From Narcine bancroftii (taxonomy: Eukaryota), in NCBI RefSeq assembly GCF_036971445.1, contig NC_091469.1:349990001-350054000 (forward strand): a stretch of DNA of 64,000 nucleotides. Reading direction: 5' to 3'. Made by a program: the position numbers and the translations under genes. Below the pieces are notes generated by a model that ran no database searches, was not told the origin of the DNA, and worked only from the letters and a program-made list of their open reading frames with translations. Shown in pieces: positions 1-13,687 of this stretch. Within the stretch, counting starts at the first letter, position 1, and every line of letters begins with the position of its first letter.

Positions 1-370
1 CATAGGATGCTGAGGTGCATAAAATAATGAGGGACATAAATGAAATTAATGTTCATTTTTTTCTCTGGGTGCACAATTCTAGATCTAGAGGGCATAGGTG
101 AAGAGAGAGTTAAGAGGGACCTTAGGGCAACTTTTTTTTACTCAGAGGGCAGTCTACATCGAAAATGAGCTGCCAGAGCAAATTTAGAGAACAGCACCAT
201 TTTGACATTCATATGACATTTGGGCAGATAGATGAATGAGAAGGGTTTTGAAGGACATGGATCATATGTAGGGAAATGGGAATAGGCCTGGAATGCCAAC
301 TTGGTTTGCACAGACAAGTTCGGGTGAAGGATCTTTTCTGTACTGCGTGACCCCATGACTCTCTATGACA
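1..370 (+). mobile_element. Degraded CR1 LINE 3' end
   Basis: Decayed ORF2 C-terminus (tctagagggcatagg, ttttttactcagaggg) followed by CR1-type 3' UTR ending ccatgactctctatgac. Confidence 0.7.
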
Positions 371-1199
371 CCAATGAAGAGCCACATTTTAACATTTGAC
401 TGTATTTCACGGGAAATTCCCATTGGATGGAAATCCTTACATTAGGTTTATTTGCAGCTCTGGTGGAACAAGAGGAGTACCATGTATAATTGATGAAAGA
501 CCAGCCCACAAGCAAACCATTATGAGAATTTGTGAATTCATACTAAAAAAAAAATAGAATTCTGAAAACCTAGCAAGGCTGAATGATTCAGTTTAAGGTG
601 AATTCATGTTAACTCATCAGCAATGAATAATGTCTCAAATCCAATGTTACATTACACAATAAATGTAAAACTCCTCTCAGTGTATCTGAATGATTTATAC
701 AGCAAATAATAAATTCTTCATTAATTATAGAAAAACAAAATATAGATATAGACCATTAGTTTCAACTTGAACTATCTTTTCTTTTAACCTGCTTGAGATA
801 TGATAGATATTTGATCATTCTATTGATATCCCAGGTCTACCTGATGTAATAGTCCATGAATTGAGAACAACTGATTTGTCTATTTCAGCCTGAAAGCTGG
901 AAAAATAATTACAAATCTGAATTTCTGAAGCATGTATTGGAATTGGACATCTGAGGAATATTCCATAAAAAGTTCAAAGACAGGATTTGGAAATTAATGT
1001 TTATGAGGCCATTGGGGTACCATGTGGTCTGTTGCTTGACTATGCTCCATTCTCTCTGGGATTGGTGCCCAAAGCCAGCTCACTCCATCTGGCTCCATCA
1101 ATAGCCTGGAAGTTGACCAATTACGCATTTCCTTGCATCAGTTAACTTGTCCTAATGCTCCTGGACAAAGTCATACAGAGACAATGCAATCAAAACAAC

Positions 1200-1500
1200 C
1201 TACTCTCTTTTCTTTAACTTCCCAATTGTAATGAAAGGTCTTTAACCTAAAACATTTAATCTTCTTCTCTTTCTGAATATGGTAAACAAGAAGTCAGCAG
1301 ATCCTATAACATTGGAAAAATCATATAAAGAAAGTGTGGGACAGGCAGTAACCATGGAAAGCAATAGATAGTTGACATTTTGGGCTGAAAAGCTTTCATC
1401 AAGAAACATGAATTAAAAGAGAATGCTGGAAAATCTCAACCAATCATGCAATATCTTTGGAAAGATAAGATTGTTGACCTTACACATTGATGCCTTTCAT
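1200..1500. mobile_element. Old Penelope-like terminal repeat remnants
   Basis: gaatgctggaaaatctcaac and gttgacattttgggctgaaaagctttcatcaag resemble the Penelope termini at 43417 and 49190. Confidence 0.45.
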
Positions 1501-4500
1501 TGGAATTGGCTGGTTCTGTCAAAAACTGGAACAGCTGGCTACCTGAAGACATTGAATTTAATTATGAATCTAGTTCAAAAAGCCACTGATACCATCACTT
1601 TGTGAACTTTGATTTCAGTGGGGGTTATGTGACATTTTTTTTGGATGTAGATTTGCCAGCATTGCCAGATTCCACAATTCTATGACATCATTGACTGTAG
1701 TTATATGACCATCTGTACCTCTTATTTTCTCTCCCGCTCCTAAATCTTGAAAAAGCAAGAGCTCATTGTGAATAGAAAAGACATATTGATTTGTGTTGTT
1801 CATATATTTTGGAAGTGTATTATGATCCTTCACCTTAGGAAATTTGTTTTGTCAGATATCTTTCATCCACACCCAACTAGGACACAAGAAAGGAATTCAA
1901 CAAATTAAGGTTCATTGTCTCCACCAGATGGATAAGAAGGTGAGAAGGAACCATATAAGAAAGTGTTGTAGCAGGAAGAAATGTTCCCATTTGGCATCAT
2001 GTGGCTATCTACAGGAGACATACTATGTCTGTCCAGGCAGGAAGGATTCATTTGATGATAAGAAGGCCTTGATGAAGGCAAGTCTCATTCTGATATACCA
2101 TCTTCATAACAGAGCTACCTGTGGATTAACTGTGATCTATCTATTTATTTATTTATTTATATTTTTAATTCATCTGCTTGCTTATTTATTTTTTTTAACT
2201 TATACATTTATTTATGTTTGCTTATTTGTTTATTTAATCTGTCCATTTGCTTGCTTGCTTCTACAGTGCAAATGGTACTCACCAGAATCTTTTAAATTGC
2301 ATACTCTAGTTTTTCTTACAAATAATATATAGCTCATAATAATATGGCTATTCATGAGAGGACTGCTCCATCCTTGCAAAATAATCTGGTAAATGCAAAG
2401 GTTGTATGCTCTTATAACTGTCTGTCTTTCTTTTATGTATAAAGCTCTCTATCAAACATCCTCTCATAAGGTTCACATCAGAATTTCAGCTCCATGGGGA
2501 GACCCTGGTTGAAAAAAATGAAATCCACAGCCACTATTAGACACCAACATATGTGAATCTGAAATGATAAGGTGCTGTAGTGAAAATATCACCATTCACT
2601 ATCATTAATGCACTTGCTCAATCAATAACAAAGACACCTCAATACAACTCTAAGTTAAAAGACTTACTCAAAGTAATTGATCCAATTAATGTCAGAACAA
2701 AAAAATGTAATGGGCACCTAATGATCTTGGTTTTATTCCAGTCTCTTTAACTGCTACTTTCTAAGTATCAGACAAATGGTTCTCCTGCTTCTACCAGCAT
2801 CCCTGTGACACTAAAACATTTAGAATGTACAAAACAGTCTGTATCAGTTTTCAGCTGTGAAGACAAGTAATTTTGTGAATTCTGGCACTGTAAAAAAAAA
2901 ATTAGTGATGCGTGTCAAGTCCCATTCATAGCATTAAAATTTTCAGACAAGGAATTCATTCAGACATGGTCATCGCATTTGTGGTGGGTGGTCATTTACT
3001 TGGAACAACAAACTCAGTAAAATGATACAATATTAATGAGAAACTTTCATCTTAAAATAATAGATCACCATATCAGTTATGCAGACATTGATACATTGTC
3101 TTGGAGGAAAGTTCTGTAAGGGTATCATGCCATTGTTCACTTATTTTGGACATTTTAGCTCCTTAATGATCTGCCTGCATGTTAAAGTTCACTACCATTG
3201 TCAAGAGGACTGAAGGTCATACAACCATTGCTGGCCAATTTTAGAACATTCTTGGAATAACATTATGGAGTTGAGATTGTTCATTAGTGATTTACATGTA
3301 TTGTGGATGGTCAGTGAAAATGCAATTTAAATTAGCCTGTCATATAAGTTGATGAGCCCCAACACAGCTATTGGACTTATGAAAGAAGGGGGTCATCAGT
3401 AAACACCTTCATACATAATCCATAGATGCACAACTGTTTTTTGCTTGCTGCTTAATGGAAAATAGAACTTGTTACTCCAAAGAAGGTAAAGATATATTTG
3501 TCTTTATGGAAAAAAAAATTATTTGAATTCCTCTGTGGAGTTCTAACAACAAGGATAGTATTACACTATTTTGATTTCACAAAACTGAGATCATCCTTTC
3601 TTGTCCAAGAAATTATTGCAATATGAAATGGAATAATCAAGGTCTTTTAAATGAATCCACAAATAATAGATGATGTAATAAATAAAAATTTATCAAACAG
3701 CAACTTTATTTCAGATTCTCATGATATTTCCTGTAATTTATATGAAAGATGGAAAGCTGCAATACATTTTCCACCTCCCCCTCTCTTATTTCCCCCTCTG
3801 ACACAACTCCCACTTTCTCAGCCAACATGCCCACAACCCATTTACTGAGGAGCTGGAAATATCTATGTTGGATTTCCAGCAAAAGCTCATTTCTTTAATG
3901 GGTCACCTTTTCACTGCTGCTCTTTGCCACATGTCACTGTAATCTATAATAATTGACCATTGTCCAGAGGTGAGCCTGTTCCTTGCAAGACAATGGTGCA
4001 AGAATTGCTGTCCTTATAGTGGGCTTCAGCTGGATCTGTTAAACAAAGCCAGCGCACAATGATGTGTTGATCTATTGTGACCACACTCGACTTCCATTGT
4101 GTCCACCGCCTGACATATCTTGTCCACTGCCTCCTTTCATCAGATGTTTCCTGAGATTCAACTCTGTACAACCTGCTCTCAATCAAGTATTGACTGAATA
4201 TGGTGGAGGGTAGGTGAGGGTGGTTAGGGTGGGGGTAGAGCAGCTGTCTGTCTGTTGGGATAAGAAAAAGCTGCTGAAAAGTGAAATCACATTTAAGACA
4301 ACAACCTAATCCTGGGTGGTTAATCCCTAGCTGAATCTGAGGTTGCATGGAAGCACTCAGGATTCACACAGTCACTGACTGGGCCTCCTTGGTTGCAGAC
4401 TCATTAGCTGCAATGTGAGGTGATTGTGGCCTAGCTCTTGAATAAATGTGTACTTCACCTCCAGAGTGTAACTGATGCTTTCCAGTCTTTGGCAAAACCT

Positions 4501-7500
4501 TTTGAAAGAGAGGGAAATAAAATCTTCACTGTCTTCGCCATCTCCTGAATTTGAACTAGACAGGCCTGGCTATGTCCAGTGTGCATTTGCCCCAGATTTC
4601 TCTTTAAAGCCTCCCTTTATTTAATCCCCATTTGATTCCTCCAGGACAATGGCTGAATTCTACTTCAGGTAGGTCTCGTGCCAGGTTTTGGTTAAAGTAA
4701 GGAGGTAGAAAATTGTGTATCCATGTGTGCGATATCATTAAATAGTAGTTGTGTATGATATATATTGCAAAGTCATACTATTTTACTGAATTACATTACA
4801 TTCCTGAGCGTCTCCTTCCAGATGGTAAGAATCATTTCAACCTTTTACCATGCACAGTAGCGGGCAACCTTACTGGGTGATCAACTTGGCATTGTAACCC
4901 TAGTCATTGAATTTTGTAGTTTATTGCCATGCCCCTGCAGCCTCCCTCTCTCCTGCATGAATGTGTGTTACTGCCATTTGGCTTCCAAGGGAAGTATGCC
5001 TTCAAGAGCTGTGATCATTGAAGTCAAATTGCTGTCATCTGAATAAAATTCACATGTGAAACATCATAACCTGTATCACTTGATACATATGGAAGTGATT
5101 GGTTAATGCAATGAGTTAACCAATTGCATGCTCGTGAAGATCACTTCTTCAGAAAACCAGAGCTGGTGCAGGAGAGCCATGTTAGATTATTTCCTGTAAG
5201 AGATGATCTATCTCTGGCATAAGGGTTTAGATGTCATTTTAATGCATGCAATGAAGTCTGAGCCTGAATTTTAAGAAGGTTCTCAGAACAAGATAATATG
5301 CTTCAGGTGTGACAAGCTGCGCGTAATTGCCTCAGAACTTTGTAAATATTGTTAGGTCATCACAGTCACTTTCATCTTTTCTCTATGAACTTATTTGCTT
5401 GCATTACTGTTTATTTGGCTGCAGTAGTGAATGGATACAATTTAACCTGAGGGTGTCATGATTCTTGGAATATGAGACAGAACATATTACACACAAAGGT
5501 TCCAATGCCTGAGGAAGAGTTGGGAAAGAAATTGGCATCATTCGCTGATTTTGCTTCAAACTTACATGCCCTATAAGCATAGCAGCGTTTCTTCAGATTG
5601 TTTGATACAAAACATGGAGCTTGCATTCAATCAATATACAATTCTCCTCAGCAGTTCCATGAAGCAAGAATCTTGACTCTTTTTTAACTCCAGCATTAGT
5701 CTCACGAGACATCATGACATTAAAATTCCAATGCTTTCCAGTCTTTAAATCAATGTCTCCTGGTAAACTTAAAATAGTTCACCCATCAGATTATGCAACC
5801 TTCTTAACTCTCGAAAATATCATGGGAGTGACTAAAATAATTATCACTGAAATTTTATTAGTGCTTTCTTTTTCTCCACAGATTGCCTTTTTGTATTGCT
5901 GTAATAAACAGGGAAGAGTGATATTACAGGTTAGTGATTACATTCAGTTCTTTTTCAACAATTGCTATTTTTTTACTTTATGATGGACTTCAGCATAAAT
6001 GATCCTTGAAAATGTATTCCAGGTTCATTAGAAATATTTCAACAAATGCAATTCTTAATGTTCAAGGCTCTTCCAAATTACCTGTTACATTATGTCATGT
6101 TGTATTTTTGGAGTACTTCATTATAACATGCAAATACATGTCTTGTAAGATCATTATAATGACTCTGCATCATTATCACTTTTTCATTGACCTTCCTTCT
6201 AATAACAGAAAGATAGATTCTAACTCTTGGATATCGGACAACAGAATGCACTGCCTGCCAGCCTCTGCTTGTGGTGAAGGGCCATTTAACATGATAAAAG
6301 TGGCTCAGAAGACAGCAGTAATATTGCCCTTACCCAAAATAAAAGAAATCCTGTGGTGAGGGCTTCTGCTGCATGCTGAATCCACCACATGCTCTCCAGT
6401 TGGCAGCATGGCCTACAAACTCATCCATCAAGGTGATACAGATGTGGTTATTGAAATCCAATGGACTTGCCATCTGCTGCACATTCTGGGAATCATCTTT
6501 ATAGCTGGTGAAGATGTGTAAGGCTCAACAAGGATGCTTCTATATAAAAATGAGACCCACATGCCTTAAGTCTCAATGCATTGTATTCATGAGTCCATAT
6601 TCTCTAAACCCAACGTGACATCCCACCCAGCTTCACTTCATCACCAGGTCTTGTCAGGCTACTTGTCTGGGACTCAGTTGGCTGAAAATTTTGCCAGCTA
6701 AATAGTAAGAAGGCAATGCATTCAATCCACATCACAACAGCCTTTCTTAACTATCAACTCTGTCCGTCTCTCAGGCCTCTGTTTAAAAATGTGCCAAATT
6801 ACTCATCATCTGTGTGCCATTCTTGGCCTCAAAATAAGCTGATGTCATCATCGGTCAAGATACAATAAGATGCATAAATCTGTTGTCTGTGCCATGATCT
6901 CTGATAAATTCTTTTCACCTATTTTCCTTGTGCTTGTTTATTCTCATTGGTTTGCAATTAAACACTTTAGTTTTTAAATTGCTATTCTTGTTTTAAAATG
7001 GTCTCATTCTTATCCACTCATTTCTTCATCCAGTGCAGCAAGCTTGCCAGATGTCAGCCCTTATCAAATGCTGGTCTCTCAATCATTGTTTTAATTGTGC
7101 CCACACTGGTAGATCTGCCTTCAGGTGCCTGAACCCTATGCCCTGGAGTCCTTTCCATCTGTGTTTTCTCCTGTAAGATTCCTCAGACAGAGTGACTTAC
7201 AACAACATGTTTTGGACCAAAGAGGTGTAAAGACAATGGAAAGTCTGGACTGAAACGACAGCTTTTTTTCAGAAAAAAATAGAAATAGAATTTAAGACAG
7301 AATCTACATGACCTCCATGGAATAAATACAGGATAATATCACTAGAGTTGAACAGTGCATGGAAGGTATTTCCTTACAAATTCTGTGTGTTAAATCAATC
7401 TGTCACTGACAGCACTACAGACTCCAGGCTTGAATGACAGAAGAATTCAATCTACTTATTTGAGCTTTTGGCCGTCTGTCCTTTTACCTCCTTGTGTGCC

Positions 7501-7611
7501 TCACTGTCAAATTTTGCATAGTAATATGTCCGTGAATGGCTGTGCACTGCTATATTATGATAAATAAACACAGCTGAATGATGTTGTTCAGAGTAGCAAT
7601 GTACATTAGAG

Positions 7612-7986
7612 CAGTGGTTCTCAACCTTTTTCTTTCCACTCACATATCACTTTGAGTATTCCCTATGCCATAGGTAGTCTGTGATTAGTAAGGGTTTGCT
7701 TAAGGTGGTAGGTGGGTGGAAAGAAAAAGGTTGAAAACCATTGTTTTAATTATACCTAATTGACACGTTATGTGTGTGGCTTCATAACTCCAAAAGAAAT
7801 AGGCCAATGACAATTTTTCTCAAGCAAGATATTTCAATAACAATTAGGTCTAGAGCAGTGATTCTCAACATTCCCTTCCCACTCACCTACCACCTTAAGG
7901 AAACTCTTATTAATCACAGAGCAATTATGGCATAGGGATTGCTTAAAGTGGTATGTGAGTGGAAAGAAAAAGGTTGATAACCATTG
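7612..7986. mobile_element. Composite hAT-Charlie-like MITE: two ~130-bp palindromic units around a ~112-bp spacer
   Basis: TIR CAGTGGTTCTCAACC...GGTTGATAACCATTG; internal TIRs ending at ~7743 and starting at 7856; 8-bp TSD CATTAGAG/CACTAGAG (7604-7611, 7987-7994). Confidence 0.85.
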
Positions 7987-8009
7987 CACTAGAGCCTATC
8001 CAGCAACAA

Positions 8010-8390
8010 GTAATTCACTTCCTAAACCCCATAAGCCCATCCACCATCTGCAAGACTTGAGTCAGGAGTGTGACGGAACACTCTGTACTGGTCTGGATGA
8101 GTATAGCATCAACAATACTCAACATCATGCAGGACATAATAGCCTGCTCAATAAGCTCCCCATCTACAAATGTTCACACGGTAGCAGTAGTTTTTGCTAT
8201 CTATAGGATGCACTCCAGCAACTCGCCAAAACTCGTGAAAATCCTGGCCCTTCCTCCCCAACACCATTGTGGATAAAAACATACTTCAAGAACTGCAATG
8301 GTTCAAGAAAGCAGCTCACCTCCACCTTCCCAAGGAAAATTTGGGGTGGGCAATTAAATACTGACAGTTTGTAAACCCTATGTCCATTGA
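8010..8390 (+). mobile_element. Degraded L2/CR1-group LINE 3' fragment
   Basis: ccatccaccatctgcaagac...gtcaggagtgtgacggaacactct and gttcaagaaagcagctcacc resemble the 3' part of an elasmobranch L2-like LINE. Confidence 0.55.
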
Positions 8391-8607
8391 ATGAGTAATA
8401 ATTATAACATGATGATGCCTGCAATGTACCTTTCTGGATCAGAGACACAGCCCAATAGATTTTTATCTTTCTCTGTTTACTGAAAAGCATCCAGTTGAAG
8501 TAAAGAGAGATTGGAAGATGTTGCTGAGGATAGTGTTCAAATGTGACCTTTCAGTGAAAACGCTGTGTATTTGGGGTCATAGCAAAATTGAGTCTTTCAT
8601 TTAAAAG

Positions 8608-9140
8608 TGTATTGGGAAGGATTGTGGCTACCAGGTGACAGCACTTCCCCCTACCTTGTCAGAGAACACACCAGCTGCCAATCAAGGTTTGGTTCCACCC
8701 CACCCATTAGTGCACACCTTGCTGTTGTAACATGTAAATTACCTGGACTGCACTCTCCAGCCTGTCTGTACATGGCCTTGGGCCATTGGCTGTTGTAATT
8801 AGATTAACCCTCCCGCCCCTGAGCTATGGACCCTCAGTAAATGATGTGGGCTTGTCCCTCCAGCACTACAAAGGTGCTATGTGCCCTTTGTCCTCCCTCT
8901 TTTCCAGCTTGAGACCACCCAGCTTCACTCCAGGCCTAGAAATGTGGAAGGGTGCTGGAGAAACTGTTGGTAAGATGTGCACTGTTAAAAGGGTTGGGAG
9001 CATTTAATTAGTGTCCCTTGTAGCGTAGAGCTGTGCCTGCACTGTCAAAGGGTGGTGGGACATTGTAGTGATTTTTCCCTGATCATTGTATGTACCAGAT
9101 TATTGTGTGTGTGCGTGTGTGTGATGTGTGCGTGTGTGTG

Positions 9141-9224
<84 letters not shown>

Positions 9225-9352
9225 ACGTACGCTCTGCATCAGTTGCATTTTCCTACACTTGCCTTCTGTAAATAAAATCCTTCCCTACATCAAAAATGTG
9301 TTCAGATTCCTTGCCTTTGAAACCTACCAAACCTGTTTCCTCACTCACAACA
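8608..9352 (+). mobile_element. Solo LTR (~745 bp) containing a (TG)n array
   Basis: TGT...ACA termini; perfect 5-bp TSD AAAAG (8603-8607, 9353-9357); AATAAA at ~9271. Confidence 0.8.
9105..9222. repeat. (TG)n microsatellite
   Basis: Seen directly; explains the HT/VC-repeat ORFs. Confidence 0.98.
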
Positions 9353-11409
9353 AAAAGTATGAGTAAAAAAAAATGCCACAGTGACCTTGATGCTTCCCGG
9401 TATCACACACTTCCATAGCTCTGATCTGCCCTTGGAGTTGTCTCCTCATTATCAATAAAGCTTTCTCTTCATCTGAATTTTTTTTTAAATGTGGACAATT
9501 GCCATGAGTGGATTTCTTTATGTTCTGCTCTGATTAAAATGTTTACTAAAAGTTAGAATCTGTGAATTCAGTCTGATTCCTGCATTATCAGTACTCAGCA
9601 GATAATGGGGATGATGGCACATGCCAGGCAAAAGCAATCACCATTCCAGGAAGTGATTTTATGTAGAGATCACCAACATGATGTGTGAGTCAGGAAATAT
9701 TTGTCAATGAAGATTGAAGGTTTTTGGGATTAGTTATTCCACTTTCAACAATGTGCCCCTATGCTGTGGTTCTGTGTTTGGCTTCTAACAGCAATTTTGT
9801 TTCTTGGCACTTAAGTCCACTCACAGTCAGAGGTACCATTTTAGTATTAATATGATAAATAGAGCCTGGATAGTTGCCAAGATCATTGGTATATTAGAAA
9901 CCAGATTTCTTACCTGTTCAAGGAAAACCTAGGTTTACAATCCTCTTTTTTAAGAAGAGAGTGAAAACAAATTCACAAGTTCACATTAGTTAAGAGCAAT
10001 TGTAATTAGAGTGACTAAACCAGATAAAATTAGAAGTACAGAGTCAGTGATAAATATAATTATTAAAAATGCTTGCAGATCACCTTAATCAGTCAGCATC
10101 TTGAGGAGTGTCAAGAAAATACAGATAGGAATGGTTAGGAAAAAATAGACAGTGTACAGCGTGGTCCAACAGAGGAAACAGTAAAAGTGAGATTTCTAAA
10201 ATATTTTAAATGTGAAATAAATAAATATTTCACAATAAAAGAAGTTTAATAAAAAAACTAAATTAATCACAACAAAGCACTGCCACTGGATCCAATAAGC
10301 TATTTCTGTCCTGCAATATTTTATCAATTTTATATGATTTGATTCTTAGCATAAATAAAGAGGGGAAATCAGTTGACAGGAAGAAATTGAATGTGCTTGA
10401 AATTGTACATGGGCTATCATATTTTGGATAAATTAGAAATGTTATATTCTGCCAGCATTTGTTCTTACAAAGGACCCACAAAAATGTAGCTTTTGAATTA
10501 CCAACCTTGTGTTATTCCAAATTGCTGCACTAAACATTCTTTCAAAAAGCAAATAGTATAATTAAATTGAAAAACAATTGGGTATCGCTGTATTTTGACC
10601 ATAAATATGTTTTTCAATTGATTCTTTGTGGTTTAGACGGATGCTTATTTTGGCCTACTTACCTTTTAATGCAAATAAACCTACTTAAATCTACATTTTC
10701 CATTATTTTTGATTAACGTAATTATCATGTGCACAGTTTGAATTGAAAACGATCACCTCCTTAATTCCTGCTTTCGAAAAGGGTAGCTCCTAATTGTATT
10801 GAATCACCCTCTTGGGAAAAAGTTAAATCTCGTTGCTTTCTTGTTGGGTAGACAGTATTTCACTGCTTAATTGGGCTGTTAATCTCCTAAATTGTGCTAG
10901 AAGCACATTTAATTCTTTGTTGTTTCATTACTATCAAAACAAAATAAATTTTCACTAATCCATAGTTGTTGCCAAATCTGACAACCAGCTGAATTTTTTC
11001 TTCATCATCACTACAATTGAGTTCACTTGTCCTGGAATGCCCAATTGTTGGAAAACACCAAATAGAATGCCTTTGAATTAAATCTCTACATAATTAAACA
11101 CACCAGAAAATAGCACACAGTAGATATTTTATTTACAGGTGTGTCAGCAATACCTTACCTATAATTCATGGATGCCAAATTCACTTCATAAGCCAAATCT
11201 GATTCGGCCAATAGCAAAGGGATATGCAAAATGTCCCACAGGCATTTTTCAAAGAAGGATTGGGGAGTTATAATTAATGTCCACGTTGATATTTTTGTGA
11301 CTTTACCCTCTGCTAATGGGCTACCATGTTTCCTATAATAGCAGCAAAAACCACAAAGTATCTTCTTGGCTGCAACCCAACCGTTTCAAGTAATTACAAT
11401 TTTTTGTCA

Positions 11410-11900
11410 TGTTTTATTTATTATTTTAAATATTTTTTAACAACCAACAGCTATACAAAATACAAAATGCCAAGAAAACCCATTGATGCATCCCCTTCCT
11501 TTCCCTACAAGACCAATCAAACAGGGGAAAAAAAAACTAAAGATAAAGAAACAGAAAAATCCCAACGTCAGTGAAATGCACAGAAACATGATGGAATCAC
11601 AATGTTAAAATCTTTACAGATGTCTGCTGGCTAGTCACTAGCGATCAAAACCCTGTGGTGGCACCAATGAGGTATCTATATATTCTAAATAAGGCTGCCA
11701 GGTTTTTAGGAAGGAGTTATATCCCCTCCTAAGACTGTATGTGACCTTTTCAAGTGGAATGCAGCTGTTCATTTCTCAATGAGGAGATGGGAGTATATAA
11801 ATTTATTTCTAGAATGTACTTTTTATTGATGAGTGAGGCCCTAAAGCCAGGTTTTCATAAATTTAGAGTGAGATGGGAGTCAGATTTGGGTAATTAAATT
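11410..11900 (-). mobile_element. L1-clade LINE 3' fragment
   Basis: Minus strand reads EMNSCIPLEKVTYSLRRGYNSFLKTWQPYLEYI, typical of a fish/shark L1 ORF2 C-terminus; T-rich tail on the plus strand at ~11410. Confidence 0.7.
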
Positions 11901-12274
11901 TTAAGCAAATAGAATTAATGACAAATGACTGATTCACCCTTAGGTTTTTGACCAAACAATGGAAATTCATATTTACTCAAAGTAAAATAGAAACCTATTT
12001 TTAATAGGAATTATTATGCATATGTATTGATGATATTTCCAGGATCACAATGTGAATGAATTGATGCATTACCCATCTTGGATCAAGATACTGACCTGAT
12101 AATTCCTGAGTTAATGACTCCCTAATGTAGTCAGAGATAGCAGGTGTACTGGTGGCAGACCATAGTGGAAGGTGGATTAGCCACTCTGTTTATTTATTTT
12201 CCTCAATTTAATTGCACATCACTACATTGTTGAGCAGACCATGCACATTGTAATCAACATCTTACTGTCTTTTT

Positions 12275-12545
12275 TCCCAGGGTAAAATTATTCTAGAACT
12301 AGAGGACACAGGTTTAATGTGAGGGAGCGGAGTAGCAACTTTTTCATCACAGGATGGTCTGCAACTGGAAGGAACTGCCAGAGGAAACAGTAGAAGTAAA
12401 TACAGTTATGAAAACTGGACAAATTTCTGGAGAGGAATGGCTTAGAAGGATATGGACTGAATGCAGCCAAGTCCAGAATGACAACCTGGCTGGCATGGAC
12501 AAGTTGGCCTGAATTGCTCCATTCTGTATGACCTTGTGACTCAAA
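12275..12545 (+). mobile_element. CR1 3' fragment
   Basis: SRTRGHRFNVR motif followed by CR1 3' UTR. Confidence 0.7.
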
Positions 12546-12661
12546 TTCCTCATTGTTGTTTATCATAAATCTGTCCTGGAAAGGTTGAAAGGATGCAATG
12601 GTCAAATTGCACAAACCATAACACCTGCTCAGATTCTCTTGCCGATGTTCTTAAACTTCTA

Positions 12662-13195
12662 GGTTCAAAGTTCAGATTTATTGTCAGAGTACATACATGA
12701 CTTCATGTACAACCCTGAGATACTTTTTCCTGCAGTCTAGGCAGAATTTTGACTTAACGGTAATGCAAAAAAAAACTGTACTCAAGGAAAAAGATATGTA
12801 TACAAAAGAGACAAACATGAACAAAGAAAGAAATGTAAACAAAGTGACTGTGCAATACCAAAAGTAAATATTCAATAATAAATAATGTGCAAAATAAAAA
12901 TTCAAACTAAGAGACTCTGATTGAGTTTATTGTTTAGGAATCTGATGGTGGAGAGGTAGCAGCTATTCCACCTGTTGTGCCTATACCTCTTCCCAATGGC
13001 AGCAGTGAAAACAGAGCATATCCTGGATGGTATGGATCCTTGATGACTGCTGCTGCAGTGTTCCAATAAGATTTTCTCAATGGTGGGGAGATTTTTGTCT
13101 GTGATGTACCTGGCTGTGTCCATTACACTTTGCTGGACTTTCAGCTCAGAGCTATAGGTGCCCCCATTCCAGAATGCGATGCAGCCATTCTGCCA
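12662..13195 (-). mobile_element. Rex1/Babar LINE 3' fragment
   Basis: Tail GACAATAAATCTGAACTTTGAAC on minus; ORF 12902-13198 has CIAFWNG...DTARYIT...LPTIEKI. Confidence 0.8.
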
Positions 13196-13687
13196 CAATG
13201 GACTTGTCTGCTATTACGCAGAAGTGGTTATGTTCTGAGAAGATAGTAAAATTCAATTCAATAATGGCTTCCTGAAAAGGAAATAGGGTTGTAACATTTA
13301 GAATCATGGACGCATAGAGTTCTGTTGTCATGGGAACAGACTAGTTTGAGCAATTTGTGGGGCTAAAAACAACTGTTTAGTTCTTACAAAAATAGAGCAA
13401 GTGCAATCAGTCAAACATGTCCTTTTCTGCTCTATAATTCTGTCACCAAGAAAGCATTCTCAGATGCTCGTGTTATGTGGCGAATAAAATAAGAACTACT
13501 TTTGTAATCCACTTCTGAAATTCAAAACTATTCAAGTCATTGAAAGCTGTGTTTGGAAACAGAGTCCAATGTGCCATTATTTATCCCACCAGCTGCAATT
13601 GAGAGATGCATAAGCAGATGAGTTGATTAACTCAATATTTATTGACAATTTGTCAATAGAATTAACTCAATAAACTTAGCACCTGAA

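Noticed and set aside
1844-2332. 162-aa ORF with a hydrophobic tail as a membrane protein
   Set aside because: The hydrophobic part is translated (TTTA)n low-complexity sequence; non-ATG start; no recognisable domain
3944-4348. 134-aa ORF as a host exon
   Set aside because: No recognisable motif or convincing splice boundaries; length is within the chance range
9045-9366. His-Thr and Val-Cys repeat proteins
   Set aside because: Translations of the (TG)n microsatellite
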